A DNA stretch of 63,994 nt, the filler included, from Jimgerdemannia flammicorona (taxonomy: Eukaryota): NCBI GenBank assembly GCA_003990765.1. It is 3 parts of 3 records of this genome, joined end to end, with 100 filler letters (N's around TTAATTAATTAA, not from the genome) between each part and the next. Parts side by side here need not be neighbours in the genome. Positions count along the whole stretch, not along the records: positions 21,530 to 42,953 come from RBNJ01001457.1; positions 43,054 to 63,994 come from RBNJ01001562.1; 1 more part is not named here. One strand, written 5' to 3'. Positions 37,488 through 47,695 of this stretch are shown here, piece by piece; the first letter of the stretch is position 1; each line of letters opens with the position of its first letter. The position numbers were made by a program, and so were the translations under genes. A model generated the notes under the pieces. It saw only the letters and a list, made by a program, of their open reading frames with translations. It did no database searches and had not been told where the DNA came from.

Positions 37488-38567
37488 CTATATCGACATT
37501 GAGGTCGAGGTAGGAGTTGGTGTTGTTGCAGTCTCGCAAGTTGAGATGTGTCTGCTGCGGTAATATGCGTGAAGCCAGTCGATTGGACTATTGATATCAT
37601 GGATCTCCTGGGTGCCACTATGCTCCATTAGATATTTCTGGTAGTGGTTGACTTCATGGCGCCTCTCGCCACAGAGTTTCGTGACAATATGATAAAGCTG
37701 CCTGTGAGCCTTCCACGCGATCTTATCATCTGAATCGGACAGATTATTGCACAAGCTATCGATGATGGTAGGATAGTTACTGTCTCCGAGACAAGCCCTG
37801 TCATGTTTTTTGCAACCAGCACACGGGACACCTCCGGAACATCGTTTGGCTTCCTTCTTGCACCAACTGCACGCCTTGCCCGGCCCAACTCTTTTCACTT
37901 TCTTCAAGGAGACGTGACGAGGACAGCGCTTCTTCCTACTCGAACAGTCCAGGCATTGCTTGTATTTTATAGGCAGCATTGCGATGAAAGGTGCAGTCGA
38001 TGTTTGCGTCGCACCAATTTTAGGAGATGCCGAAAGGAAATTTTCGGTTGTGATAGTTGGCGATCGACTTTGTGTAACTTCGTCGACTTGACTGGCCATC
38101 CAAGGCGTAGCAGCATGGTGGTCTTCGCTGAATATACTGGAGCTGATCTCCGTGGTAGTGTTGATTGAATCTCTCCATATCAAGCTGTCACTGAGTATGT
38201 CGAAATGAGAGTTGGGTTTATCTTTCTCGATGTCCATGTGAAGATCTTCGCCGAATAATTGGATGTAATTGGGATATCCGTCACCGAGTGAGAAGTCGGA
38301 GCCGAGGTTAACTTGGAGAGATTCAGTGTTGTCATTGGGTATATCGAAACGTGAGTCGATTTCGAATTTGCCGAAGTATGTGTTAAAATCCAGGATTCTA
38401 GGATCCAGATCGAAGTTGGATTGACCTTGCTGGATATGAGTTACGTTGCTAGCATGGTACTCCGGTTGTGATTCGAGTTGGACTTGGAGGGAGTCTTCAC
38501 CGTTAAAAAGAGCTCGACACATCTGACAGGTGCAGAGGAGGCGGGAGGTGTTGGAATGGGAAGACAT
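37488..38567 (-). CDS. Zn2Cys6/ARM-tail family copy 5 (intact ORF; an alternative in-frame ATG lies at 38636)
   Basis: 'CLDCSSRKKRCPRH', 'CSWCKKEAKRCSGGVPCAGCKKHDRAC', ARM-like tail 'IIDSLCNNLSDSDDKIAWKA'. Confidence 0.85.
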   Translation of the reverse strand: MSSHSNTSRLLCTCQMCRALFNGEDSLQVQLESQPEYHASNVTHIQQGQSNFDLDPRILDFNTYFGKFEIDSRFDIPNDNTESLQVNLGSDFSLGDGYPNYIQLFGEDLHMDIEKDKPNSHFDILSDSLIWRDSINTTTEISSSIFSEDHHAATPWMASQVDEVTQSRSPTITTENFLSASPKIGATQTSTAPFIAMLPIKYKQCLDCSSRKKRCPRHVSLKKVKRVGPGKACSWCKKEAKRCSGGVPCAGCKKHDRACLGDSNYPTIIDSLCNNLSDSDDKIAWKAHRQLYHIVTKLCGERRHEVNHYQKYLMEHSGTQEIHDINSPIDWLHAYYRSRHISTCETATTPTPTSTSMSI

Positions 38568-38747
38568 TGTTTTGATAATAGAGGGATCAAGTAGAGGAAA
38601 GGTATGATATTTGTTGGTGAGGTTGCAGGTCCTCATTTTATACTAATTTTGGCGGAACCGGTCGTTACACAGATATGTTACCTGGCTCGGCTGCTTGACC
38701 CTCGCAATTGGAAATCATGACGTCTCCCTGTGAGCGGTCCGTTCGCA

Positions 38748-39900
38748 TGACATGTGACGGAGACTGCGAACGATAATAAATTGCCTCAGGTAAGCCTAAG
38801 CCTCCGTTGTTCACAAACGTCGAGCGAATTGCTCGTCTATCTGTCTATCGTGTAAGTGGCGAGAATACACTTCTTGCTGAGATTAATCATGTCTTATTGG
38901 TTTCGTTACTCATGTGCATTCACAGGGAGTTTTCATATTCATCAGTGGCTTTCCGATCGGAACACCTTTGCTTGTAGTCATGTTCATCTGTGTACTCTTC
39001 TATGCCGTACGGCGATTGTCAGTTTCCTACTCGCCTTGTAAATAGTCAAATATCCCTTACTCACCAACCCACTATCCTCATTTATTTAACAGCTGGGAAG
39101 TCATTACTAGCTAAGGTGCTGATGCCCAATTCTCCACCAAGAACCTCTTCCGCTACTGCCTTTCTCCCATCGCCAGCGACTGCGTATACGCGGCCTACAT
39201 ATCAAACTAATCTCCGTGGCGTGCCAAAGCCGCACAGAATATAGCAGTCCGTACTGCTTTCGTCCTGCTGGCCCGACTCTGGTTTAGGTCGTACGGGGCT
39301 AGTTCTACTCGGCGTAGCCTTCTACATTGTGACGGTGACGCAGCTAATCAACGCGCTGAAGGTGGGGTGGCACCGCGACCTACGCGTTAAGCACTCGCAC
39401 CTGATCGTCAAGTAAGGCGTCTACACGCTAGACCACGCCGGGTTCCTCGCGCGTGCGGGGTGTTCTGTTCGTAGCGGAACCCGTCGACTCGACGCAATCT
39501 ACCGTCGCCAACGCGCTCAACTTGTTACTGCCAACGACAACGACTACGGTCGGGTTTGGGCACTCTGTTTGACTTGTTCGCCATCCCGAATTCCGTGTAC
39601 AAGTACTACCCAACGCCACTGCCGAACAGGGAGCAAGATGGGAGTAGGAATGGGAGGAAGATGACAAAGTGGGCCAGGTATATGGAGTAGCCAAAGTCAC
39701 CGTTCGAGGTCAAGGAGGACGAAAAGTATATGGAGAGGATGGAGAGGGAAAGGAGGGACAAAGAGGAAAATGGGCATGGGGCGGAGGGGGGATATTTCAG
39801 TTTTCGATCGCGTGGGAATAACGAGAAAAAGATTGATGGGGAAGGCGAAAGAAGTAAACCTCCAACAAGAATTGGTTGCCTACGTGATGTACATATATAC
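38748..39900 (+). pseudogene. DUF1206-like gene copy D (5'-truncated)
   Basis: Matches copy A from the end of exon 1 onward; 'MERMERERRDKEENGHGAEGGYFSFRSRG'. Confidence 0.75.
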
Positions 39901-40659
39901 ATTACTGTCTTTCCCAGATCTGACTCGAATATCCAATAATCCTAGCCATTACATATGGAATATATTTATCTATACTTATCACCCTTCCTTATTGTTAGCT
40001 ACGCCATTTCTCTAGTTAGTTTCGCCTTGAAGTTTGACAGATAAAAATCACGTTAATTATTTTTAACGAGCGGTTAAAAGTTGAAGTTGGGACGAGGTCC
40101 CCGGATTACAAAGCCAGTTTCGTGAAACCCGAAAGGTCTGGCCACGTGGCATTCACATGGTAATAAGCACAACGATGCCAACGTCGCTTGAGCGGTATTC
40201 TCCTCGGTGCAATACATTTCATACTCAAGTTGACGTAGACCATTGAAGATTTTGAATCGACGACATTCGATTTTGTGATAAATTAGACGAGAAGCAAAGC
40301 TCAGACTGCCGAAGATCGTAACGCTGCCGTAGCATCTAAAGCTTGTTGGCGTAGTTAATTTTGACATATAGACATGGTTACATTTGGCGATCGATATTAG
40401 ACAGACATAGAGATGAACGAAATATATGAGATAACAAAAAATCTACTTTATTAAATGTATGCATGTTTCATTGTTCGAGCACAAGATGAAATCATGCATC
40501 AGAGAGAAATATTACGTTTCTATCGTATGTCAACTCAGGTATTGAAACACATGTAATAAGAAACTGGTTTCCCTCAATAAAAATTATGGCTAATAACAGC
40601 AGTTGCAATCTCGTATCGCGACGGGATGCGTTTTCTTGGTTCGATGGGATCTTGCAGGT

Positions 40660-41280
40660 GACTGAGGTCGATGATGGTACCGGTGTCGTTAAAGTCTCGC
40701 AAGTTGAGATGAGTTCGCTGCGATAATATAAACGAAGCTGGTCGTTTTGACAATCGATATCATAGATCTTCTGGATGCCATTAGATATTGCCGGTAACTG
40801 TCAACTCTATAGCACCTTCCGTCCTTAACAATGTAATAAAGCTGCTCGAGAGCTTTCTCTGCACTCTTCTCATTCGAGCCGGACAAATTATTGCACAAAC
40901 CGTCGATAACCAACAAGCCTTGCCTTGTTTTCGCAAAGAACACACGGGATTCCTCCGAAGCATCGCTGGGCTCTCATCTTACACGAACTGCACGCCTTTC
41001 CCCGCCCAACTCGTTCCACTTTTTTTAAGGAGGCGTGGCGAGGACAGCGCTTCTTCCTGCGTGAACAGTCCCGGCATTCCTTGTATTTCACAGGCGGTGT
41101 GGTGATGATGGAAGGTGTAGTTGATGTTTGCATTGTATCAACTTTAGGAGAAGGTTCCACCTTCTTCAGGGAGGCGTGGCGAGGACAGCGCTTCTTTCTA
41201 CGCGAACACTCCAAGCATTGCTTGTATTTCACAAGCGGTGTTGCGATGGAAAGTGTAGTGTTTGCGTCACATCACTTTTA
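40660..41280 (-). pseudogene. Zn2Cys6/ARM-tail family copy 6 (5'-truncated; half-cluster duplicated)
   Basis: Two tandem 'KYK.C..CSRRKKRCPRH' modules, then 'CSSCKMRAQRCFGGIPCVLC'; frameshifted ARM tail. Confidence 0.8.
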
Positions 41281-41809
41281 GGGGAAGGCGGGTCCGCCGA
41301 ATAGATCATCCTCGTCAAAGTGCTGAGTCCCAATGGCTCAGAAGGTAGAAGAAGCTCTATGTAGAAGTTTTGCTTTTAGGAGTGAATTAGGATCTATGCG
41401 GCGAGTGCCGATGTTTCATGGAACGTGATCCCGCGCGCATCCAGCGTCCGAATAATGCTAAAAGATGACCAGGGGCAAATCAATAGCAAACATTGCCTCC
41501 ACACGTCACTTCGTTTTATTGCATACTCTACAGTTGCGAACGGAGTTTTGAACTGCTTTTTTTCGATTCGAGATATAAAATAAATAAAATACGAGGTGAA
41601 AGGAGAGAGGGAGGGAAGCTACATTTATACATGAGGCGTACAATAGTACGACATTGTTGACATTCGTGCCACCAGCAATCACAAAATTCTGCATGGATCA
41701 GATGATGCCGATGGTGACACGCCGTTCCTTTTGTGTTTTCGGAATACTAAAACCGAGCTCGCCGAACCACAAATGTCGAAAAGAATAGGTCTGATAGAGA
41801 AAGCCATGG

Positions 41810-42953
41810 ATGCTCCTTTCTCCGCTACCTTACCGGTCACAAGGTTTGGTAGGTGACCTTCCGAGTCCCCTTTCCCCTAATATTACCCCCTCTACCTCGG
41901 GTTGGTTTGCTGTGCCTGCAGGGGCATGGTGGGAGGAGGGCAATGGTGATGAGTTGCCCCTTTATCGGTGTCGGATCGGTGCTTCCTCCACTTTTTCGCA
42001 GATTCTGGTGCCTTCAGCTGCGTCTGGGGTGTACCCGTTTTGGTGCGGCGCCTTCTTCCTTTTGTCGTCGCCAACAAGGAGTTGTCTTGGTGTGTCTCGG
42101 GCTACGTAGGGAGTCAGCCGACCTTGGGCATCAAGTGCTCAGTGTAGGTTACCTGCAGGTCCTCGGTGCCTGTGGTGGGGCCCTCTGGCTTTGGCAAGCT
42201 TCCCGGCAAGTGCGGTTCTGGTGTAGGTGACTGCTTTTCAGGTGTTGTCGGGATGGGAGGGGAGATGGCCATCACAGATAGATGGAAGGGCGATTACGGT
42301 GAACCAGTAGGATGCCAGGCTGGGGGCAGTCGTCGGGGCTGGGGCAGGTGCTGCTTCGGTGGGGCCTTTTGATTGGTGTGGCACGGTTAGGTGGTAGGTG
42401 TCACTCTCGGCTTCTTTTGGCGGGTAGCGGGGTGAGGCCCCAGTTGTCAGGGGGGGTCAGGGGGCCTGAGGCTACCCATTTCAGGCGTCTTGGCTGCACT
42501 CAACTGGAACCGGGAGCTGACATGGCAACGTGATCGAGGCCCACAGGCTTGAGTAGTGGGGTATTGGGGGTTTCCTCCCGCCTCACGTGTAAGTCCTTTA
42601 CTCACCTCGACTGGGAGAACCAGGCCCTACCCACCATGTTGTGCTTTGATGAGGGTTTTTTCTTTGCCTGTCATTCTCTTTGGGGTGGCAGGGGCTATTC
42701 TATTTGGCTTGGGTATGGCCTTGTACATATGTTGGGTTCTCAGGCGTACACTTTCAGTTGTTGGCATATGGTTGGGTTCCCTGGTGGTAGAGAGAGCATG
42801 GTGCACAGAATGAGGTGCGGGCTTATCAGCCCTGCTGCGCCTGGCATGGTCGAGCTGCTGGACAATAGCTAGCCTAGGTTAATGGGGGGGCAGTGCTTGG
42901 TGGGTGGTGGGGGAGGGTTTTGGCCTATATAGTCTAGGTTCCCTTCCAATAAA
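41810..42953 (-). mobile_element. Probable retroelement fragment (possible LTR from 42637 to the gap, PBS-like TGGTGGGTAGG, Pro-rich leader)
   Basis: Compositional break exactly where similarity to 28400-28925 stops. Minus strand reads ...CACAACA then TGGTGGG at 42636. No recognisable enzymatic domain. Confidence 0.35.
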
Positions 42954-43053
42954 NNNNNNNNNNNNNNNNNNNNNNNNNNNNNNNNNNNNNNNNNNNNTTA
43001 ATTAATTAANNNNNNNNNNNNNNNNNNNNNNNNNNNNNNNNNNNNNNNNNNNN
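42954..43053. other. Assembly gap with artificial TTAATTAATTAA linker
   Basis: Same N44-linker-N44 structure as 21430-21529. Confidence 0.97.
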
Positions 43054-43416
43054 AAAAAAAAAAAGGACGCGTGCATGGGGCACAATAAACAAATAGACAA
43101 GATTACGAGGCAGACGCGCGCACAGAGCAAACAAGAATGCGAGCGACAATAACATCAGTGGTAGTGGCAATCTCTACGCAGGCCAAGCCAGGTTCCCACG
43201 ACACGTGCACGCTCAAACGCGTAATCATCTCTCCATGTTCCGAAGCCAAGCGAGATCAACACGCCATGCGTCCCCCCTCCCATAAAAAAGGCCTGAAAAT
43301 AATCATCTCGATTGATACCCATATCCATTGTCCTCGCAAATCTCTCTCACCAAACATAAAAGTCACCGTGTTGTCCCATAAAGATTCATTCACACTTGCG
43401 TCAACAGTGACACACC

Positions 43417-46400
43417 TTAGCTCCACCGATACCTTTTATCCCTCCCATCTCTTGGATCTCTGCCCCCCCCACCTCCCCCAAGTGGCCCATACGACAACCC
43501 ACTACCACCATACGATGCTATCCCCGAACGGGAAGGGGTCGGAGACCTCATGTAAGGGTGAGCCTGAACCGCAGCGGGTGTGCTCCTGGAATCGTACGGC
43601 GGCTCGGTCTGATACACTGGATCATATTTGCGTTTACGCGCTGCCAGATCGTCGTATCCACCAGGGCCGAAATTTTTGTCGCCTCCGTAGTAATCCTTGT
43701 TACTGTTGATGACACCGACAGGGTTCTGATGGTAAGGTGATGGGTAGTACGGATCTTTGGGTGTTAAGCCTGTTGATAACCTCTGCGGTGGCGGATAGTG
43801 CTCTGCCACGGAAGCGGGGCGGTAATCGTCGTACTCCGGTGCACGCCGAAATTCGTCATACTGAGGTGACATGTTACGCATACTACGGTCGTCACGATAC
43901 TGGTCGTAGTTTGGATTTTCGTCCGCAAGGTATCGGACGACTGAGCGCTCACGTTCGCGCTCACGTTCCCAGGCTCGCTCGCGTTCGCGCTCGTACAGCG
44001 GCTCTCGTGGAGGTGCGTTAAAGCTATCGCGTTTTGGTGTCAGCGGACGAACCAGAGGCCCTCGTGGTGGAGAAGAATACTCGCGGCGTGGTTGTGTTGG
44101 GAGAAGCGAAGATTGGAAAGAAGTCGAAGGCGGGTGAGACGATGGCCCGTACCCGTGAGCTGGAGGCTGTTCCGCGCGGCGTGGGCTCATAGGAAGTGTC
44201 AGCTGCTGTTGAAATGCATAGTTTTGAACCTGTGGTAGCTGTTGCGGCATATGTGAAGAGATGCCAGGTGAGGGTTCACGCGCAAGTGATATATCCTGTC
44301 TTACTGGCAACGGCGGGATCGCTTGATTCGGAGGCGGAGGCGCGTATGATTGCAGGATTAGCGGCATCGGGGCCCTCTGAGCGCTCGAGGTAATGGTCGC
44401 AATGGGACCCATCGATGACAATGGCGCTTGATGAGAGGCGGGTCTCTGGGGAATAGGATGAAGTATAGGGGGCTCGGAGCGCAAGTTGGATATATCTGGC
44501 TCGATAGACTCTTGCTTGACGAATATTTTGTCCGATGCCGTCTCGCCGGGCTTGGAAGCAGGTACGATCATGCCTCGTAACGAGCTCAAGGCAGCCTCAC
44601 GTAGTTGCCGAAGCCGCTCTTCCTCCGGGGAGATGGGGCGTGATGGCTGGTCAAGAGGCTGTCCTTGTGATGATTGCGAAGCGTGCAGCGATATTTGTTG
44701 TTGTTCCACCCAGTTCAGATGGCCTACAGACATGTCTTCCTGATCGTGAATTTTGTCAGTTGACCATTCACGACCGACATTTTGCCGAGGTATGTCCCGC
44801 TGGTGGTGTGGAAATTCAGGTCGAGGAGACATGGTAACAGGCACACTGGAATCGACTCGCCTGATTATCTCATCCGCAGACCAATCGTCGTCCATCTTTG
44901 CTCTGCTGTTGTCCACATACCCTGATCTGTGCGGCAAGGTCGAATCCGTAGAAGGCCTACGAGGATCTTCCAGATCCCTATCCTCAACTCCGTGGTCATG
45001 TTCCCCAAGTAATAATGGCCCGTCGCTTGGATCCGCTCCAACTCTACGAGGACAATGTGTGAACCGATGATCACCCGAACAGATGGAACATATATGACGG
45101 AATTGGCATTTCAAACTCTTGCATCGACTTCGGTTCCAGTTCCAGCACGGACGATTATCCCTCTTGTTATACTCGTTCGATTTTTCTTTTGATTGATCGT
45201 ACTGTTCTTTTGATGATTCGTGATGATAATCCCTAGGGGGTTGATGTTCCTTCGGCGAGTCGAGATGATCCCTGGGAGGTTCACCATGATGTCGATGTTG
45301 CCCATAATGCGACTGCGGGTACGATTCAGGCCTTGGTTCACCCTTTCCGCTGTTCTGCGAGTAACCGCTTACAGACGACGTTGACGTCTTGCGCTCGATC
45401 ACCGGTGCCGGAGTGTGTCTATCTCTGTCTGGCAATCTCGGAGGCAACTCTGCATTCGATTTCGACGGCGCGTGCGATGCAATATCAGATTTTGTCCTTG
45501 TTTCCCGCTCTCGCTCTGGTATCCACTCATCCTCAAAATCCTGATCCAAATCGACATCAGCCAATTCCATGTCCTTTGGAGACGACGCCTGATGTGCGTC
45601 AGCTGTATCAAAATGTACGGTCGGTTTTGGAATATCGCCGGCTTTACACAAGCCCTCCACGCTAGGGCAAAGAACAACCGGATGAGCCTGTTGGCAATGC
45701 ATGCATGCGTGCACGTTGGGGCAAGCACGGCCACGGCCAGCATGCAAACACTTATTCTTGAAATTGAACGAGAAGCAGTATTCGTTGGTGTTGTCCTCCC
45801 TAGCGCGGAAGGAGAGATCGTCATTGTCTGTGATGTCAATCTTCCCGCCGTTCTTTTTCAACATTTCGTTGAATTCATCCATTATCTTCCCTTTGACGCC
45901 ATGATTGTGAGAGTACAAAGAAGACAAAACAACACGCCGTTGATTGATCGCATGCCGCATCGGGCCAAGCTTGCTCTGCAGATTCATTTTCTCGTCGTCC
46001 AGATTCTGTAATTTCCGCTTCTCTGCTTGGAGTTGATCCTGCAGCTCACGAATGCGGGACTGCGCACGCACGGCCTCGCCAGCGGCCTTTTCGTACTTTT
46101 GTGAAACCAAAGTTGACCTCTTTTCCCGTTGAGTGAGAAAATAATTGACCCTTAGAATATTCATGCTGTTTTCCAGTCTCGGCTGACGCCGAGGAGGCGC
46201 AACAGGTGGTGAGATGTTACCATGCATAGATTCTCTGATTTCTGCGGGGCGAGACTGAGAAGTTCCGGTAGTTGAAATTAGGGCATTTGATGTGCCTCTC
46301 TGGTTTCCCATAGAGTCTGTTGACCCTCCGCGAGTATCCAAGTGAGAATTGGCAGAGTGCATTTGTTTGTAGATCAGATCATCATTGCGAGAGCTATTCG

Positions 46401-47154
46401 ATGCCTGCCCGTTCGATTCACCCTGGTTGTAATTCGCCTTTGTCGGATCGACATCGCTATGACTATGAGTCGACAAAGAAGTCGCTTGCCAAAGGACATT
46501 TCTGCCAACATCCCCGCCGTTGATTGCCTCAATAATGCCGTTGGTCGCATTTGATTTTTTCGAATGTTCTCGATTAATATCCACAGATGGCGTCAAGGAT
46601 ACTTTCGTTTGCGTATCACTGACGGTGCGATTTTCATCGGATACAGCCTGCGAGGACCAAGCCGTGTTCGCCTGAGTTGAAGTAGTAGCAGCCGTAATAA
46701 TTGTAGTAGACTTCATAGTAGCGTTCTGTTCGCTTATCTTTCCGCCATCGTCATCTTGTCTCTTAGCAGAATTAGTATTTCGCACCGCAGCACGACGTTT
46801 CTCAAGCATTTCTTTGAATTTAGCCTTGTTACCCTGCGCAGCCGCATTCATAGTATGCTCAGCCAAGCTCGGTGAAGGGTCTCTAGCAACGCCACCAGCC
46901 AACCAGCCCGAATCACCGGCGGCCTTCGTACCGTAGGCAGCGGAGTTTGGTTCGTCACTGCGAGGGTGTGATTGAGGTACGTGCGAGTCATTCCCCCCTA
47001 ATGCCGCATGTTCTACCTCCATCGCTGACCTCCCATCATTGGCAAAATTAGTTCCAGGCATCCTCAAGCCAAGGGGCATGTTCTGGTCGGCCCACAGAGA
47101 CACTGCAGACACCCGATATGGCGGTTGACCATTCGGTGAAGTTGGTTGTTCCAT
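43417..47154 (-). CDS. Large low-complexity protein with a coiled coil and two CCCH+CCHC zinc-finger modules (putative nuclear RNA-binding protein); may have an upstream exon
   Basis: 3.7-kb uninterrupted ORF. 'CFSFNFKNKC...CPNVHACMHCQQAHPVVLC' and 'CWNWNRSRCKSLKCQFRHICSICSGDHRFTHC'; RE-rich and Pro/Tyr-rich C-terminus. Confidence 0.85.
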   Translation of the reverse strand: MEQPTSPNGQPPYRVSAVSLWADQNMPLGLRMPGTNFANDGRSAMEVEHAALGGNDSHVPQSHPRSDEPNSAAYGTKAAGDSGWLAGGVARDPSPSLAEHTMNAAAQGNKAKFKEMLEKRRAAVRNTNSAKRQDDDGGKISEQNATMKSTTIITAATTSTQANTAWSSQAVSDENRTVSDTQTKVSLTPSVDINREHSKKSNATNGIIEAINGGDVGRNVLWQATSLSTHSHSDVDPTKANYNQGESNGQASNSSRNDDLIYKQMHSANSHLDTRGGSTDSMGNQRGTSNALISTTGTSQSRPAEIRESMHGNISPPVAPPRRQPRLENSMNILRVNYFLTQREKRSTLVSQKYEKAAGEAVRAQSRIRELQDQLQAEKRKLQNLDDEKMNLQSKLGPMRHAINQRRVVLSSLYSHNHGVKGKIMDEFNEMLKKNGGKIDITDNDDLSFRAREDNTNEYCFSFNFKNKCLHAGRGRACPNVHACMHCQQAHPVVLCPSVEGLCKAGDIPKPTVHFDTADAHQASSPKDMELADVDLDQDFEDEWIPERERETRTKSDIASHAPSKSNAELPPRLPDRDRHTPAPVIERKTSTSSVSGYSQNSGKGEPRPESYPQSHYGQHRHHGEPPRDHLDSPKEHQPPRDYHHESSKEQYDQSKEKSNEYNKRDNRPCWNWNRSRCKSLKCQFRHICSICSGDHRFTHCPRRVGADPSDGPLLLGEHDHGVEDRDLEDPRRPSTDSTLPHRSGYVDNSRAKMDDDWSADEIIRRVDSSVPVTMSPRPEFPHHQRDIPRQNVGREWSTDKIHDQEDMSVGHLNWVEQQQISLHASQSSQGQPLDQPSRPISPEEERLRQLREAALSSLRGMIVPASKPGETASDKIFVKQESIEPDISNLRSEPPILHPIPQRPASHQAPLSSMGPIATITSSAQRAPMPLILQSYAPPPPNQAIPPLPVRQDISLAREPSPGISSHMPQQLPQVQNYAFQQQLTLPMSPRRAEQPPAHGYGPSSHPPSTSFQSSLLPTQPRREYSSPPRGPLVRPLTPKRDSFNAPPREPLYERERERAWERERERERSVVRYLADENPNYDQYRDDRSMRNMSPQYDEFRRAPEYDDYRPASVAEHYPPPQRLSTGLTPKDPYYPSPYHQNPVGVINSNKDYYGGDKNFGPGGYDDLAARKRKYDPVYQTEPPYDSRSTPAAVQAHPYMRSPTPSRSGIASYGGSGLSYGPLGGGGGGRDPRDGRDKRYRWS

Positions 47155-47695
47155 TCTCTTCAATCAGAAGACAAACATACAGCGGTGGAGCTGTGACGCG
47201 TTGCACAAGTAAGCCACGGAACAAGGTTTGAGACGGCATGCAAGCTCATGGCAAAGGATCGGCGGATACTTGCCTCAAGAGCAGCGGAATCACAGCGCGA
47301 CGAAGGTTGTTACTGGTGTTTTGACCACCACAATTTTGCGTGTAAGAATGTGGGACAATGACGTCACTCCTCTTGCTTCGTGTCGTTATAGATTATGCGC
47401 GAATTGGTCATTTTCTTTAATTGGAGACTGAATTGGGTCCACGTTTGACTCCATTGACTCGCAGGAGAGATCGTACTTAGGTAGATTCTTGCACGGTGTA
47501 TTAGGAAGTTGACCATTTCATACAGCTCTCACACCAGGCCTAGGATTCTGATTTTGAATACTCGGTACACAATGATTGGAATGATTGTATAATATGTATT
47601 TACAGCCGACTTTACTTAAATAAAAAATAAAAATAAAATGCAGTCAACTAGAGGGGTATAGGTGAATAGGTCCAACCATTCTGACCAGTGATGCG

